Made by a program: the position numbers and the translations under genes. From positions 192,001 through 256,000 of the forward strand of contig CAWCNS010000006.1 of assembly GCA_963796965.1 (NCBI GenBank): a DNA stretch of 64,000 nucleotides. The letters are read 5' to 3'. Below are positions 34,012 to 44,882 of this stretch, one piece after another (position 1 is the stretch's first letter; each line of letters opens with the position of its first letter). The notes beneath the pieces were generated by a model, which was given only the letters and a program-made list of their open reading frames with translations, did no database searches and was not told the origin of the DNA. Origin of the DNA: Calditrichia bacterium. Lineage in GTDB: Bacteria > Calditrichota > Calditrichia > JAJRVZ01.

Positions 34012-34086
34012 AAAGCCACAAGCTTATATCCAATATACATTGATCCCATGCTCAACCCTTATTCATCAAATCTAAAGGATATCATA

Positions 34087-35458
34087 ATGAAACAGTTAAA
34101 TGTTTTAATTCTTGATGATGAACGAAAAATTGCAGATAAGGTAGCTAAATTTCTTATCAGACGTGGGTACGCAGCAAAGACCGCCTATCATCCAGACCAG
34201 GCTTTTAAAATAATCAATAAAGAGCCCACGGATATACTCATTTCAGACGTAATGATGCCAGGAATAATCGGGCTTGAGTTTCTCAAAAAGGTAAAATCCT
34301 CCTTTCCTCATATTGAAGTTATTATGATTAGTGCTCATGGGGATATGGATATGGTTATCGAAGCAATGCATAATGGTGCTGTGGACTTTATAAAGAAACC
34401 ATTTGGTTTTCTGGATATTCAAATGGCCATAGAAAGAACAGGAAAATATTTACATTTACAAACTCTCCTGGAGTTAGCCGAAGACCACAATTCATTGATA
34501 TCTATGGAGTTAGAGAAACGTATCGATAGAAATTTTATCGGTACCAGTCAAAAGATAAAGTCCGTCCTACGCATACGCTTTAAAAGCAGGAAAAGACAGG
34601 GATGCCAGCATTCTAATTACCGGTGAAAATGGAACAGGTAAAGAAATTATTGCCCGTATCATTCACCATGCCAGCGATCGACATGAACCTACCTATTGCT
34701 CCGTAAATTGTTCTGCCGTTCCTGAGACATTAATAGAAAGTGAATTTTTTGGACATGTCAAAGGATCATTTACAGATGCCAAAACAGATAAAAAAGGATT
34801 ATTTGAACTGGCACATAGCGGTTCTCTCTTTCTTGATGAGATTGCTGACATGCCTGTCAATTTACAATCTAAATTATTGCGCGCCTTAGAAGAAAAAAAA
34901 ATAAAACGTGTTGGAGGAATTAAAGAGATCAATGTGGATGTCAGAGTAATCTCTGCCACTAACCAAAATATCGAAGAATTAGTGGAAGACAATAAATTCA
35001 GGATTGACCTCTTGCATCGCATTAACACCATTACAATTAACATACCCCCGTTAAGAGAGCGACCTAGTGATATAAAGCCACTTCTTTTCTACTTTATTGA
35101 ATATTTTTCCCTGAGAAAAAATATTCCGATACCTGCCGTTGCCCCAGGAGTGCTTGAAAAACTTGAAGCATATTCATTTCCCGGAAATGTGAGAGAACTT
35201 CAAAATATGGTAGAACGTGCCCTGATTCTTTCAGATAATAATGCGCTTACGACCTCAGATTTTCCAGTCAAGGATCACACAAAAGCATTGAAGCGACATC
35301 TGAATCTTTTGGATAATGAGCTTTACCTTATAAAAAAAGCCATGAAGGAAACAAATTATAATCAAAAAAGGGCTGCCATGTTATTGGGTCTTTCCAGAGA
35401 TGCATTGATCAGACGGATGAATAAGTTCGGTCTGAAAATTGACAAAAACTTTAATTAA
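34087..35458 (+). CDS. Sigma-54-dependent response regulator (NtrC/AtoC family: REC, AAA+, HTH), frameshifted near 34570-34600
   Basis: ILDDE, DVMMPG receiver; ITGENGTGKE, ESEFFGHVKGSFTDA, FLDEI, FPGNVREL, C-terminal Fis-type HTH. Confidence 0.9.
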
Positions 35459-35473
35459 ATCTTATATAGAAGA

Positions 35474-35647
35474 GTGCTAAATCGCACAAGTGTGCGAATA
35501 CACGTAAATAAGCTGGTGTGCTCACTTAAGATATAGACATTTTTTACATATTTTTATTCGGGAATAGTGGTATTATGTATTGGCATGATTCTGGTATGAT
35601 AAAACTTTAAATCAACCAGAAACTGAGGAGGAATGGCAATGTACTAA
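35474..35647 (+). promoter_or_regulatory. Putative bEBP upstream activator sites, sigma54-like promoter and RBS
   Basis: GTGC-N6-GCAC and TCGCACA-AG-TGTGCGA palindromes (35474-35497), TGGCATGATTCTGGT at 35581, GAGGAGG at 35625, ATG at 35633. Confidence 0.45.
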
Positions 35648-35762
35648 ATCTCATCCGCTACCTGTTTTCATTTATTCAATTTTCTAACTTGTTTTTCGTT
35701 TAATATTTAGTATTTTTGACTTATGATGAATTTTAATTAATGACAAATATTTGGAGGTAAAA

Positions 35763-36221
35763 ATGTCGAAGGGAACAGTGAATAAAGCAATTTTGGTAGG
35801 TCGGCTAGGTCGTGATCCTGAAATGCGATACACATCATCCGGAACTGCCGTAGTTAATTTCAGTATTGCAACCAATCATTATGTAAAAGATCAAAGTGGT
35901 AATAATAATGATCAGACTGAATGGCATAATATTGTTGCATTTGGCAAGACCGCTGAAATCGCAAGCGAGTATTTAACTAAAGGACGTTTGGTTTTTATTG
36001 AAGGACGGCTTCAAACCAGATCCTGGGATGATCAAAATGGACAAAAAAAATATAAAACAGAAGTTGTCTGCTCAAACATGCAGCTCTTAGGAGGACGTGG
36101 AGATTCATCGGAACCAATGGCTGAATCTGCTCCTACCGACGAAGAATCCGTTGATCAGTCTAAAGTGGGAAATGAAAAAGAAGCAGCACCGGCTGAGGAA
36201 GAAGACGATCTACCCTTCTAA
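35763..36221 (+). CDS. ssb: Single-stranded DNA-binding protein
   Basis: VNKAILVGRLGRDPE, TEWH, IEGRLQTRSW, C-terminal DDLPF. Confidence 0.97.
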   Translation: MSKGTVNKAILVGRLGRDPEMRYTSSGTAVVNFSIATNHYVKDQSGNNNDQTEWHNIVAFGKTAEIASEYLTKGRLVFIEGRLQTRSWDDQNGQKKYKTEVVCSNMQLLGGRGDSSEPMAESAPTDEESVDQSKVGNEKEAAPAEEEDDLPF

Positions 36222-36231
36222 GCTTCCATTC

Positions 36232-36285
36232 AAGCGGGAAGTTCTTAACCTGGATTGTTCCAGATTATAACTTCCCGTTTTCTTT
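36232..36285 (+). terminator. Long imperfect hairpin after ssb, probable terminator
   Basis: GCGGGAAGTT..TAACCTGGA-TTGT-TCCAGATTA..AACTTCCCGT followed by TTTCTTT. Confidence 0.55.
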
Positions 36286-36318
36286 CCACCCGCAAATTTC
36301 AACTAAATACCATATTTC

Positions 36319-38209
36319 ACGAGTAAGTGAGGGGCTCACACCCCTCGACTTCTCACACCACCGGACGTACGGTTCACGTATCACGGCGGTTCTTAAGTTA
36401 ACTAATTCTGAGCATATAGAGTTTATCGAGCATACACACCAGTCCATGATTATCAAAGAATTTCTTTCTGAATGCATCGTTCATATGTGATGCACCTGAA
36501 TTCCACCACGGGCCTCGTCCATTAGCAGAAGACGTTTTCGCTCTTTCTTTAGACAATCCAGCCGTCAGTAATTTCCTGAATCTTGTCTTACCTCGTTTCA
36601 ATTGGCGCCATAAAATTAAGCGTAAACGTCTACGAATCCAACTATCTAAATCTTCTGCGAAACCTTTAACTTCTGCTTTGCCAAAGTAGTTTATCCAGCC
36701 TTGTATTACTGGATTTAGGTCTTCACGAATAAATTTACCCAAATTTCTACCTCGTCCTTGGCGAAGTAATTGTTTGCACTTGAATTTAAATCGTTGGATC
36801 GTCTCTTTCGGTACTCTTAGTCTTGGTTCTTTATGGAATGTGAATGAATATCCTAAAAACGTTCTCTTCCACGGTCTGTCAACGGCACTTTTCTCTTTGT
36901 TTACTTTCAGGCGTAGTTTCTTCTCAACAAACTTCGTTATTGAGTCTAAAACTCGTTCACCTGATCGGCGACTACTCACATAAATATTGCAGTCGTCAGC
37001 ATAACGACAGAAACTGTGACCTCTGCGTTCCAATTCCTTATCCAGTTCATCTAACATGATATTGGATAACAGAGGTGACAAGGGGCTACCTTGTGGTGTC
37101 CCTTTATCCCGTTGATTAACCATTCCGTCAATCATTATGCCCGATCTTAGATAACTGCGAATCAAGCGAAGTACTCGTTTATCTTCTATGCTCTTAGCTA
37201 TCTTCGACATCAATACATCATGATTGACTTCGTCAAAGAACTTGGCCAAATCCATATCCACAACCCACCGTTTACCTGATTTCTGGTATACTTGCGCCTG
37301 CTTTAAGGCCTGATGAGCATTCTTGCCTTTCCTGAATCCATAACTGTATTCTGAAAAGGTCGGATCGAATATTGGATTTAGTACCTGGTGGATGGCTTGT
37401 TGAATCAGTCGATCCATAACCGTGGGAATACCTAATTGACGTTGGCCACCCTTTGGTTTTGGAATGAATACTACCCTGACTGCCTGGGGTTTATATTCCC
37501 CTCTCAACAAAGATTCTTTGATCTCAGCCCAATGTTCTGCAAGGTAAGGCTTTAGTTGATCTACCGACATTTTATCAATACCAGCTGATCCCTTATTCCT
37601 TACTACTTGTTTATAGGCTGAATATCATGTTCCCGCGTTCGACCATACGCTCCATTAATCCCATAGTCTCAGGGGATGGTTTCTTATCTACCGATGCAGG
37701 GTTTGTCATACTCATAGAGTTACTCCCATTTTCCGAACGGTACACCCTCTATGAACTTTGAGTATCTCAACTCGCTTTTCTATGACTACTTCCTCACGCA
37801 CAGTAATAAGTCTTCTCCCGTTAATTTAAGTTCGGTCCTTTGGTTCTTAGTCGATGAACCTAATATGACCTCTGCTGACTTCTCTGATCCCATCTCATCA
37901 CCTCTCGATGATGATAGCACTAAGGGCAAAATCAGAGATCTCCCCGGGTAATGCGCTGATACCTTCACACTTATACCTGCCACATATACAATTATACTTT
38001 CCGGGTAAGTATCGGACTTTTGAGATTTATGCCTCATCATCCGATATAACTGCCTCGTATGTGGTTTCTGTTCGTCAGGCCAGTGTTTTGCCTTCGGCTT
38101 CCTTCAGATTCCACCTCACGGTGGACACCCTTGCCGTCCGCTAATGATTCCCCTTACCGGGCTCATAGGAGACTTTCACTCCCAAGTGTCAGCGCCCTGC
38201 CGGGCGCAC
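36319..38209 (-). mobile_element. Group II intron, class IIC, about 1.89 kb
   Basis: 5' end GTGCGCCCGGCAGGGCG at 38209; domain V GAACCGCCGTGATACGTGAACCGTACGTCCGGTGGTGTG after the RT stop; domain VI AGGGG..CCCCT..TACTCG; inserted just after a terminator hairpin. The 3' end is uncertain by 1-2 nt. Confidence 0.92.
36398..37801 (-). CDS. ltrA: Group II intron reverse transcriptase/maturase without endonuclease domain; frameshift near 37622
   Basis: NKGSAGID (RT0) upstream of the ORF-track start, IPKPKGGQRQLGIP, GTPQGSPLSPLL, RYADD, GWINYF. An upstream frame extends to GTG 37801 after a GGGAGA RBS; the start is uncertain. Confidence 0.9.
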
Positions 38210-38211
38210 AT

Positions 38212-38243
38212 AAAAAAAGGCTGCAACAAACGTTGCAACCTTT
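38212..38243 (-). terminator. Rho-independent terminator, the intron insertion target
   Basis: Minus strand AAAGGTTGCAAC-GTTT-GTTGCAGCCTTTTTTT-AT, then GTGCG. Confidence 0.85.
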
Positions 38244-38300
38244 ATTCAGGGTTCCCATCCCACAAGCATTTATACTTGAAATTCTTAAATCTTAATGAAC
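38212..38300 (-). ncRNA. Candidate ~90-nt small RNA
   Basis: Lies between a sigma70-like promoter and the terminator; holds only a 7-codon ORF with no RBS. Confidence 0.4.
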
Positions 38301-38306
38301 AACAAT

Positions 38307-38335
38307 AATATAGGAACCATATTTAAAAATTTCAA
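38307..38335 (-). promoter_or_regulatory. Sigma70-like promoter
   Basis: TTGAAA-17 nt-TATATT on the minus strand. Confidence 0.5.
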
Positions 38336-38681
38336 GTATTACTTTAAAAAATTGCTGTTTTTACATTTTTCTCTATTCACCTTCATGTTTTGAATTTTTA
38401 ACAAAATCATAATGGTTAGGGAATGGGGTTGTTTTTGAAAGAAAAAATATTATATTTGAATTTACTTAATTATGGACACCAGGTTAAAAATCAATAGAGT
38501 GAAGAAATCATCCGTTTTCAATACCGAAATACATGTAAAATGATTTACCCCAATACTCGTTCTTCTTCTGATCGGTTTCATATTTTTTTCAATAGAAAAT
38601 TATCACAAAATTAAAGTATTAGATACTTTTTTCTCGTAATTTACGAGCCAGACAAAAAATCGATTTAACCAGCATATATCT

Positions 38682-39089
38682 ATGTCAAAAGAAAATCAAT
38701 TATCAGATTTAATCCAATCAGCCAGGAATGCAAGAAGTTATTCGCAAGCCAAGTATTCAAATTTCAAGGTAGGTGCAGCTTTAGAGACTGCTGAGGGTGA
38801 AATCATTACAGGATGTAACATTGAGAGCAGTTCATACGGACTAACAATTTGTGCCGAACGCGTAGCTCTTGCCAAAGCCCTTTCCGAGGGAAAACTTAAC
38901 TTTAATCGAATTGCAATCATTGGACCGGATGACGACTTTTGTCCACCTTGTGGCGCCTGCCGACAATTGTTATATGATTATTCAAGTGATCTGACAATAA
39001 TCCTAACAAATGGTAAAGACATTAAAACAATCCCCTTGGAGGACTTACTCCCACATGCTTTTGGTGAAACAAAATTGAGATTGAAATGA
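38682..39089 (+). CDS. cdd: Cytidine deaminase (homotetrameric type)
   Basis: YSNFKVGAA, NIESSSYGLTICAER, PCGACRQ. Confidence 0.95.
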   Translation: MSKENQLSDLIQSARNARSYSQAKYSNFKVGAALETAEGEIITGCNIESSSYGLTICAERVALAKALSEGKLNFNRIAIIGPDDDFCPPCGACRQLLYDYSSDLTIILTNGKDIKTIPLEDLLPHAFGETKLRLK

Positions 39090-39718
39090 AAAATGGAATT
39101 TTAATTGGCATCTCAGGTGCCTCCGGATCTGGGAAAACTCTGGTTGCTGAGACTATCTATAAAAATCTTGGATCAGAAAATGTTGTCATAATCGAAGAAG
39201 ACTCATATTATAAGGATCTTTCTGCAATTCCTTTTAATGAAAGAACCGGACGTAACTTTGATCATCCGGATGCATTTGACCATGATTTGCTGGCCGAACA
39301 TATCAGGGGATTATTGAATGGAAAAGCTATTGCCCATCCTATTTATGATTATAGTACCCATAGCCGGAAAGATGAAACCCAAACCGTAGGACCTCATCTC
39401 ATAATTGTGCTTGAGGGTATTCTTATTTTAAACGAACCTGTCCTAAGGGATTTAATGGATATTAAAGTTTTTATTGATACAGCTCTGGATATTTGTTTCA
39501 TCCGTCGATTAAAGAGGGATATTGAAGAACGGGGTCGAGATGTAAGTTCGGTTATAAACCAGTATATAGAAACTGTTCGTCCTATGTACTCACAGTTTAT
39601 CGAGCCGTCTAAGAGATATGCAGACATTATCATCCCACAGGGTGGTAAAAATAAAGTAGCAATTGATATATTAACAACTAAAGTAAGATCATTATTAAGG
39701 GAGATGGGGGAAGATTAA
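39086..39718 (+). CDS. udk: Uridine kinase
   Basis: GISGASGSGKT, DSYYKD, NFDHPDAFD, RRLKRDIEERGR. Confidence 0.95.
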   Translation: MKNGILIGISGASGSGKTLVAETIYKNLGSENVVIIEEDSYYKDLSAIPFNERTGRNFDHPDAFDHDLLAEHIRGLLNGKAIAHPIYDYSTHSRKDETQTVGPHLIIVLEGILILNEPVLRDLMDIKVFIDTALDICFIRRLKRDIEERGRDVSSVINQYIETVRPMYSQFIEPSKRYADIIIPQGGKNKVAIDILTTKVRSLLREMGED

Positions 39719-40312
39719 TTGGATGCGATAGTACAAAGGCATACTGGTTGGATTGAAGTAATTTGTGGCAGTATGTTTTCCGGCAAAACTGAGGAGCTTA
39801 TTCGGCGGGTCCGTCGGGCACAAATAGCACGCCAAAGAGTGGAATTGTTTAAACCTTCCATTGACACAAGGTATTCAGATGACGAAATAGTCTCCCATGA
39901 TGCCCAAAAATTACCTTCCCGGGTCGTAAAAGATGCCAATAAGATTATCCCACTATCCCTGGAAGCGCAAGTGGTTGCAATTGACGAGGCCCAATTTTAT
40001 AATAAGAATCTTGTAGCTGTCTGTAAAACCCTCGCAAATATGGGTAAACGGGTTATAGTTGCAGGTCTAGACACTGATTATCGTGGAGAACCCTTTGATC
40101 CTATACCTCAATTATTAGCTATAGCAGAATATATTACAAAAACCCATGCCATTTGTGTCACTTGCGGAAATCCTGCAAATTTTACCTACCGCAAGACAAA
40201 ATCCGAAAACCAGGTACTTATCGGCACCTCAGATATTTATGAGGCAAGGTGTCGCAACTGTTTTGAAGCCCCTGTAGAAAGTAAAGAAACAAAGGAGAGT
40301 AAAAAGAAATGA
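39719..40312 (+). CDS. tdk: Thymidine kinase
   Basis: GSMFSGKTEEL, IDEAQF, AGLDTD, Zn-binding CxxC pairs. Confidence 0.95.
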   Translation: MDAIVQRHTGWIEVICGSMFSGKTEELIRRVRRAQIARQRVELFKPSIDTRYSDDEIVSHDAQKLPSRVVKDANKIIPLSLEAQVVAIDEAQFYNKNLVAVCKTLANMGKRVIVAGLDTDYRGEPFDPIPQLLAIAEYITKTHAICVTCGNPANFTYRKTKSENQVLIGTSDIYEARCRNCFEAPVESKETKESKKK

Positions 40313-41620
40313 TTAGTATTCTGTTCGGAATTCTTGGAATTGCCATTTTATTAAGTATTGCCTTCTTGTTTTCAGAAAGCCGGAAAAGTATTAACTGGCG
40401 TATAGTACTTACTGGGTTAGGGCTTCAATTGATTTTTGCAATATTTGTAATTCTCACACCATGGGGTTCTCTTGTATTTGATGCAATCGGTAGTTTTTTT
40501 GTTAAAATAATCAATTTCACATATAGCGGTGCTACGTTCGTGTTTGGTGCTCTGGCTAATCAAAGTGTTTTTGAACAAGCCTTTTCTGAGGAACTTCGGC
40601 TTGAAGGGGTCGGCTTTATATTTGCCTTCCAGGTTTTGCCTACCATCATATTCTTTTCTTCTCTTATGTCAGTTCTGTATCATCTTGGATTGATGCAAAA
40701 GATTGTGCAGGGTATGGCCTGGGTAATGGCAAAAACAATGCATGTCAGCGGTGCGGAATCAATCTCTGTAGCTGCCAACGTCTTTATCGGTCAGACCGAA
40801 GCACCTCTCGTGGTAAGACCCTATATTTCCCCCATGACTAAATCTGAATTATTAACTCTTATGATTGGTGGAATGGCAACAATCGCCGGTGGCGTACTTG
40901 CTGCCTATGTGAGTCTTTTAGGGGGTACTGATCCGGCACAACAATTATATTACGCCAAACATCTTTTATCCGCCAGTATAATGGCCGCTCCGGCAACAAT
41001 TGTTATTGCAAAAATTCTTGTTCCCGAGAGAGAAACATCACAAACAATGGGCAAAGTAAAAGTAATGGTCGAAAAAACTTCAGCCAATTTAATCGATGCT
41101 GCAGCGACTGGTGCTTCCGACGGTCTTAAGTTGGCAGCAAATGTTGGCGGAATGCTTCTTGCCTTTATCGCCCTCATATACATGTTGAATTGGATTCTCT
41201 CAGGAATACTAACTGATCTGTTGGGGTTTTATATTAATGACGATCCAATAACGATAGAAATATTACTGGGCTATTTGCTAAGCCCTCTCGCCTGGGTAAT
41301 TGGAGTTCCGTGGCAAGATGCTGTTACTGTTGGATCATTAATTGGGCAAAAAGTAGTTCTTAATGAATTTATTGCTTATCTAAACTTATCCCTCATCATT
41401 CCAACAGGTGTTCTGAGTGAAAAGGCAGTAATTATCTCGACATATGCTTTGTGTGGTTTTGCAAATTTCTCATCTATAGCGATTCAGTTGGGCGGCATTG
41501 GTGGGATTGCCCCGGACCGAAGAGCAGATCTTGCCAAGTTTGGATTAAAAGCTGTCTTGGGTGGCTCATTGGCAACTTTTATGACAGACTACAATAGCCG
41601 GTGTATTAACATCCTTGTAA
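40309..41620 (+). CDS. nupC: CNT-family nucleoside transporter; terminal frameshift, true end probably TIAGVLTSL* at 41620
   Basis: FAFQVLPTIIFFSS, ANVFIGQTEAP, GMATIAG, NEFIAY, YALCGFANFSS. Confidence 0.92.
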
Positions 41621-41629
41621 GGTATTATA

Positions 41630-43345
41630 ATGAAACGATTCTTAAAATGGCTGGCCATCTTATCAGCAATATTCTTTGTCTTTCTTTTTATAGCTTATTT
41701 ATTTGTCGATGCATTACTCGATACAGAACCCCATGTTAGCAACAATAGTTATCTGGAGATCAATCTTGGTGGCCCCCTGCCGGAATATGAACCCTCTGAT
41801 GCTCTTAGAGAGTATTTGAGTGGGAGCACCCTTGATTTAAAAAAAATCCGTCAAGGATTTAAAATGGCTGCTGTTGATGGACGTATTAAAGGCATCGTAC
41901 TTCGAGTTGGATTTATGATGACCGGTTATGCAAAGATTGAGGAATTACAACAACTGATCTCTGAATTCCAGCTTTCGGGAAAAAAGGTTTTGGCCCATCT
42001 CGACTATGGACTCACCCGTGATTACTTTCTTGCCGCAGCTTGTGACTCGATCTATATGTCACCTGGGGGAAATTTATTTTTAACGGGACTTTTAGCAGAA
42101 ATTAGTTTTTACAAAGGAGTGTTGAATAAAATTGGCGTAGAAGCAGACTTTGAACATATTGGTAAATACAAAAATGCTCCTGATGTCTATACCCGACAAT
42201 CCATGTCAGAACCCCAAAGAGAGGTCATAAATGCAATCTTTGATGTCCGATATGAATCCCTCATTAAATCAATTGCAAAAAACAGGGGATTAACTATTGA
42301 TCACGTCTATAATTTGATTGAGAATATCAGTGGTTTTGGTCCCGATGAAGCATATGAACAGGGTCTCGTAGATGGTATCAAATATGCGTCTCAGGTTAGC
42401 GAGATGCTAAATACAGAAGACAGACAATTATCAAAAATTTCTGCAACAGAATATTCATTTATTGACCCAGGCACCGTTGGAATTGAGGGTGATGAACGGA
42501 TTGCAGTGATTTATTGTGTTGGTACAATGACAGGCGGAGAAGATGGATCTGATCCCTATTTTGGCACTACTATGGGGGCCAATCGGGTAATTAGGGATAT
42601 TAACCGTGCGGCAGAATCAAAATCCATTAGAGCAATAATTTTACGAATTAACAGCCCCGGTGGATCAAGTCTGGCTGCGGATAAGATCTGGCATGCCTTG
42701 GATGAAGCAGCAAAGAAAAAACCTATAGTTGCCTCAATTTCAGATGTGGGCGCTTCTGGGGGGTATTATATTGCCATTCCAGCAGACACTATTATTGCCC
42801 AAAAACTGAGCGTAGTTGGATCGATCGGCGTATTTGCAGGTAAATTTAGTCTTAAAAAATTATATGAAAAAATTGATTTGAAAACTGAAGTGATCAAACG
42901 GGGAGAAAATGCCGGCCTTTTTTCTCTTAGCAGTAAATTTTCTACTTCCGAGAGAAAAATAATAAAAAACATGATTGCTGATTTTTATAGGGATTTTGTC
43001 ACCAAGGTTGCCACTGCCCGTAAGAAATCGTACGATGACATTGATAAAATCGCTCGTGGGAGGGTTTGGGTTGGTGAGGATTTGCTACAAAGAGATTTAA
43101 TTGATTTGATCGGGGGGCTTGATGAGGCAATAGTGGCTGCAAAAAATTTAGCTGACATTGATCCTTCTGTAGCCATTCGGTTGATATATTACCCCAGAAG
43201 TCGCTCATTATTGAATCAATATTTGGGAAGTTTTGTCAGACTTAAAAATTCTATTGAGAACCCTGTCTTACAGTTAGAAAATTATATAAGAGAATATAAT
43301 ATGCGGCCTTTAGCTCTTATGCCTTTTATGCTTGATTTGAATTAA
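41630..43345 (+). CDS. sppA: Signal peptide peptidase SppA (long type)
   Basis: GKYKNAP, LRINSPGGS, GASGGYYIA, GSIGV, ARGRVW. Confidence 0.93.
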   Translation: MKRFLKWLAILSAIFFVFLFIAYLFVDALLDTEPHVSNNSYLEINLGGPLPEYEPSDALREYLSGSTLDLKKIRQGFKMAAVDGRIKGIVLRVGFMMTGYAKIEELQQLISEFQLSGKKVLAHLDYGLTRDYFLAAACDSIYMSPGGNLFLTGLLAEISFYKGVLNKIGVEADFEHIGKYKNAPDVYTRQSMSEPQREVINAIFDVRYESLIKSIAKNRGLTIDHVYNLIENISGFGPDEAYEQGLVDGIKYASQVSEMLNTEDRQLSKISATEYSFIDPGTVGIEGDERIAVIYCVGTMTGGEDGSDPYFGTTMGANRVIRDINRAAESKSIRAIILRINSPGGSSLAADKIWHALDEAAKKKPIVASISDVGASGGYYIAIPADTIIAQKLSVVGSIGVFAGKFSLKKLYEKIDLKTEVIKRGENAGLFSLSSKFSTSERKIIKNMIADFYRDFVTKVATARKKSYDDIDKIARGRVWVGEDLLQRDLIDLIGGLDEAIVAAKNLADIDPSVAIRLIYYPRSRSLLNQYLGSFVRLKNSIENPVLQLENYIREYNMRPLALMPFMLDLN

Positions 43346-43356
43346 TATGAAAATGG

Positions 43357-43905
43357 ATGATTTTCTGCATGGATAAAAATCAATTATTCACACTCTCTAA
43401 TTTTATGAGTTTCCTCCGCATATTCCTTGCGGGTCCTATCTTTTATTATATATCTATACATGAAAATTACATTGCAATCGGATTCATTTTTCTGGCCATA
43501 ATTACAGATTGGTTAGACGGATATTTTGCCCGGAAATGGAATCAGATCACAACTGTCGGCAAAGTCCTGGATCCTTTGGCCGATAAGGTATGCACCACTG
43601 CCGGATTTCTTTCTCTGACCCTTTACCAGGATTTGCCTGTATGGATATCTGCCGCTATCATTGGTCGTGATGTTATAATTCTGCTCGCCTCACTTGTCGT
43701 GATCGGTAGAAAAAACATTGTACTTTCTTCAAATATTCCAGGGAAATTGGCTGTATTAGTTATTTCTCTACTGGGTGTGGTTTACTTACTAAATATTGAA
43801 ATCTTAAAATATCCCTTTATTGTGTTATCTGCCATATTGGTTTTAATATCAATAACCAATTATGCCATCGTATTTTTTAGGAATTTTTCGACCCATCATG
43901 AATAA
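43357..43905 (+). CDS. CDP-alcohol phosphatidyltransferase (PgsA-like)
   Basis: TDWLDGYFARKWNQITTVGKVLDPLADK signature. Confidence 0.9.
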   Translation: MIFCMDKNQLFTLSNFMSFLRIFLAGPIFYYISIHENYIAIGFIFLAIITDWLDGYFARKWNQITTVGKVLDPLADKVCTTAGFLSLTLYQDLPVWISAAIIGRDVIILLASLVVIGRKNIVLSSNIPGKLAVLVISLLGVVYLLNIEILKYPFIVLSAILVLISITNYAIVFFRNFSTHHE

Positions 43906-44716
43906 TAAATTAAAGCAATCAATATCATATATAAATAATCTTACGAGTGAAAGCCCACGATTAGCTATTATTCTGGGGTCCGGATTAGGTTCCTTTGCCG
44001 ACCTTCTCACCGAACCAATAAAGATTCCAACAAAAGACATACCTTATTTTCCTGCCTCAACAGTAAAGGGCCACCAGGGATACCTCGTCTTTGGTAATTG
44101 GCAAGGAATGAAATTACTGGCTCTCCAGGGTCGAACCCATTACTATGAGGGATACCCCGTTGATAAAGTAACGTACGTAATCAGAATATTTAAAGCATTA
44201 GGAGTTAAAACCCTGATTATTACCAATGCCGCCGGTGGTATAAACAAAGATTTTATTCCGGGCGATCTCATGCTAATTACTGATCAAATCAATAACATGT
44301 TCCAGAACCCGCTCCGCGGACCACTTATATATGGCGGAGAGCGCTTTCCTGATATGTCCGATTCATATTCTCAAAAATATTTTAAACTTGTTCATGATGT
44401 CGCCGAACATAATCATATAAAATTAAAAACAGGTACTTTATATGTTTCTTCCGGACCATCCTATGAAACAGCTGCAGAAGTCCGGATGATAAGAAAAATT
44501 GGAGGTGATGCCGCCAGCATGTCGACCGTTCCAGAGATTATCGTCGCAAACCAATGTGGTATTGAGACTATCGGTATTAGTTGTATTACAAACTATGCCA
44601 CAGGTTTAGCTGATCAACCTCTTAACCATGATGAAGTTACAGAAACGGCCAGGTTGGTTCAGGAAAAATTTTTAAAATTAATATCGGGAATAATTCTACG
44701 AATCGGACAGTATTAA
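43898..44716 (+). CDS. Purine-nucleoside phosphorylase (trimeric PunA/XapA type)
   Basis: ILGSGLG, GRTHYYEG, TNAAGG, GPSYETAAE, MSTVPE. Confidence 0.93.
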   Translation: MNNKLKQSISYINNLTSESPRLAIILGSGLGSFADLLTEPIKIPTKDIPYFPASTVKGHQGYLVFGNWQGMKLLALQGRTHYYEGYPVDKVTYVIRIFKALGVKTLIITNAAGGINKDFIPGDLMLITDQINNMFQNPLRGPLIYGGERFPDMSDSYSQKYFKLVHDVAEHNHIKLKTGTLYVSSGPSYETAAEVRMIRKIGGDAASMSTVPEIIVANQCGIETIGISCITNYATGLADQPLNHDEVTETARLVQEKFLKLISGIILRIGQY

Positions 44717-44882
44717 TATTCACTGGTAATTCTAAATTGTCTGTTTTATTTTCTAATCAAAAAACCATGCCGGATTTATTCAATACTTGTTTTCGATGAT
44801 TATTTAATCCGATTTTTTGTTGGATTATTATGATTTTACAGTTATTTCAAATATTTTCTTATCACAAACTTCATAAATTTAT

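Noticed and set aside
36398..37801. RT as a retron, DGR or CRISPR-associated RT
   Set aside because: RT0 and maturase regions, flanking intron domains V/VI and a GTGCG start identify a group II intron; no TR/VR pair, msr-msd or cas genes.
37751..38295. Short ORFs on both strands upstream of the RT
   Set aside because: They overlie the intron ribozyme domains and the terminator; spurious.
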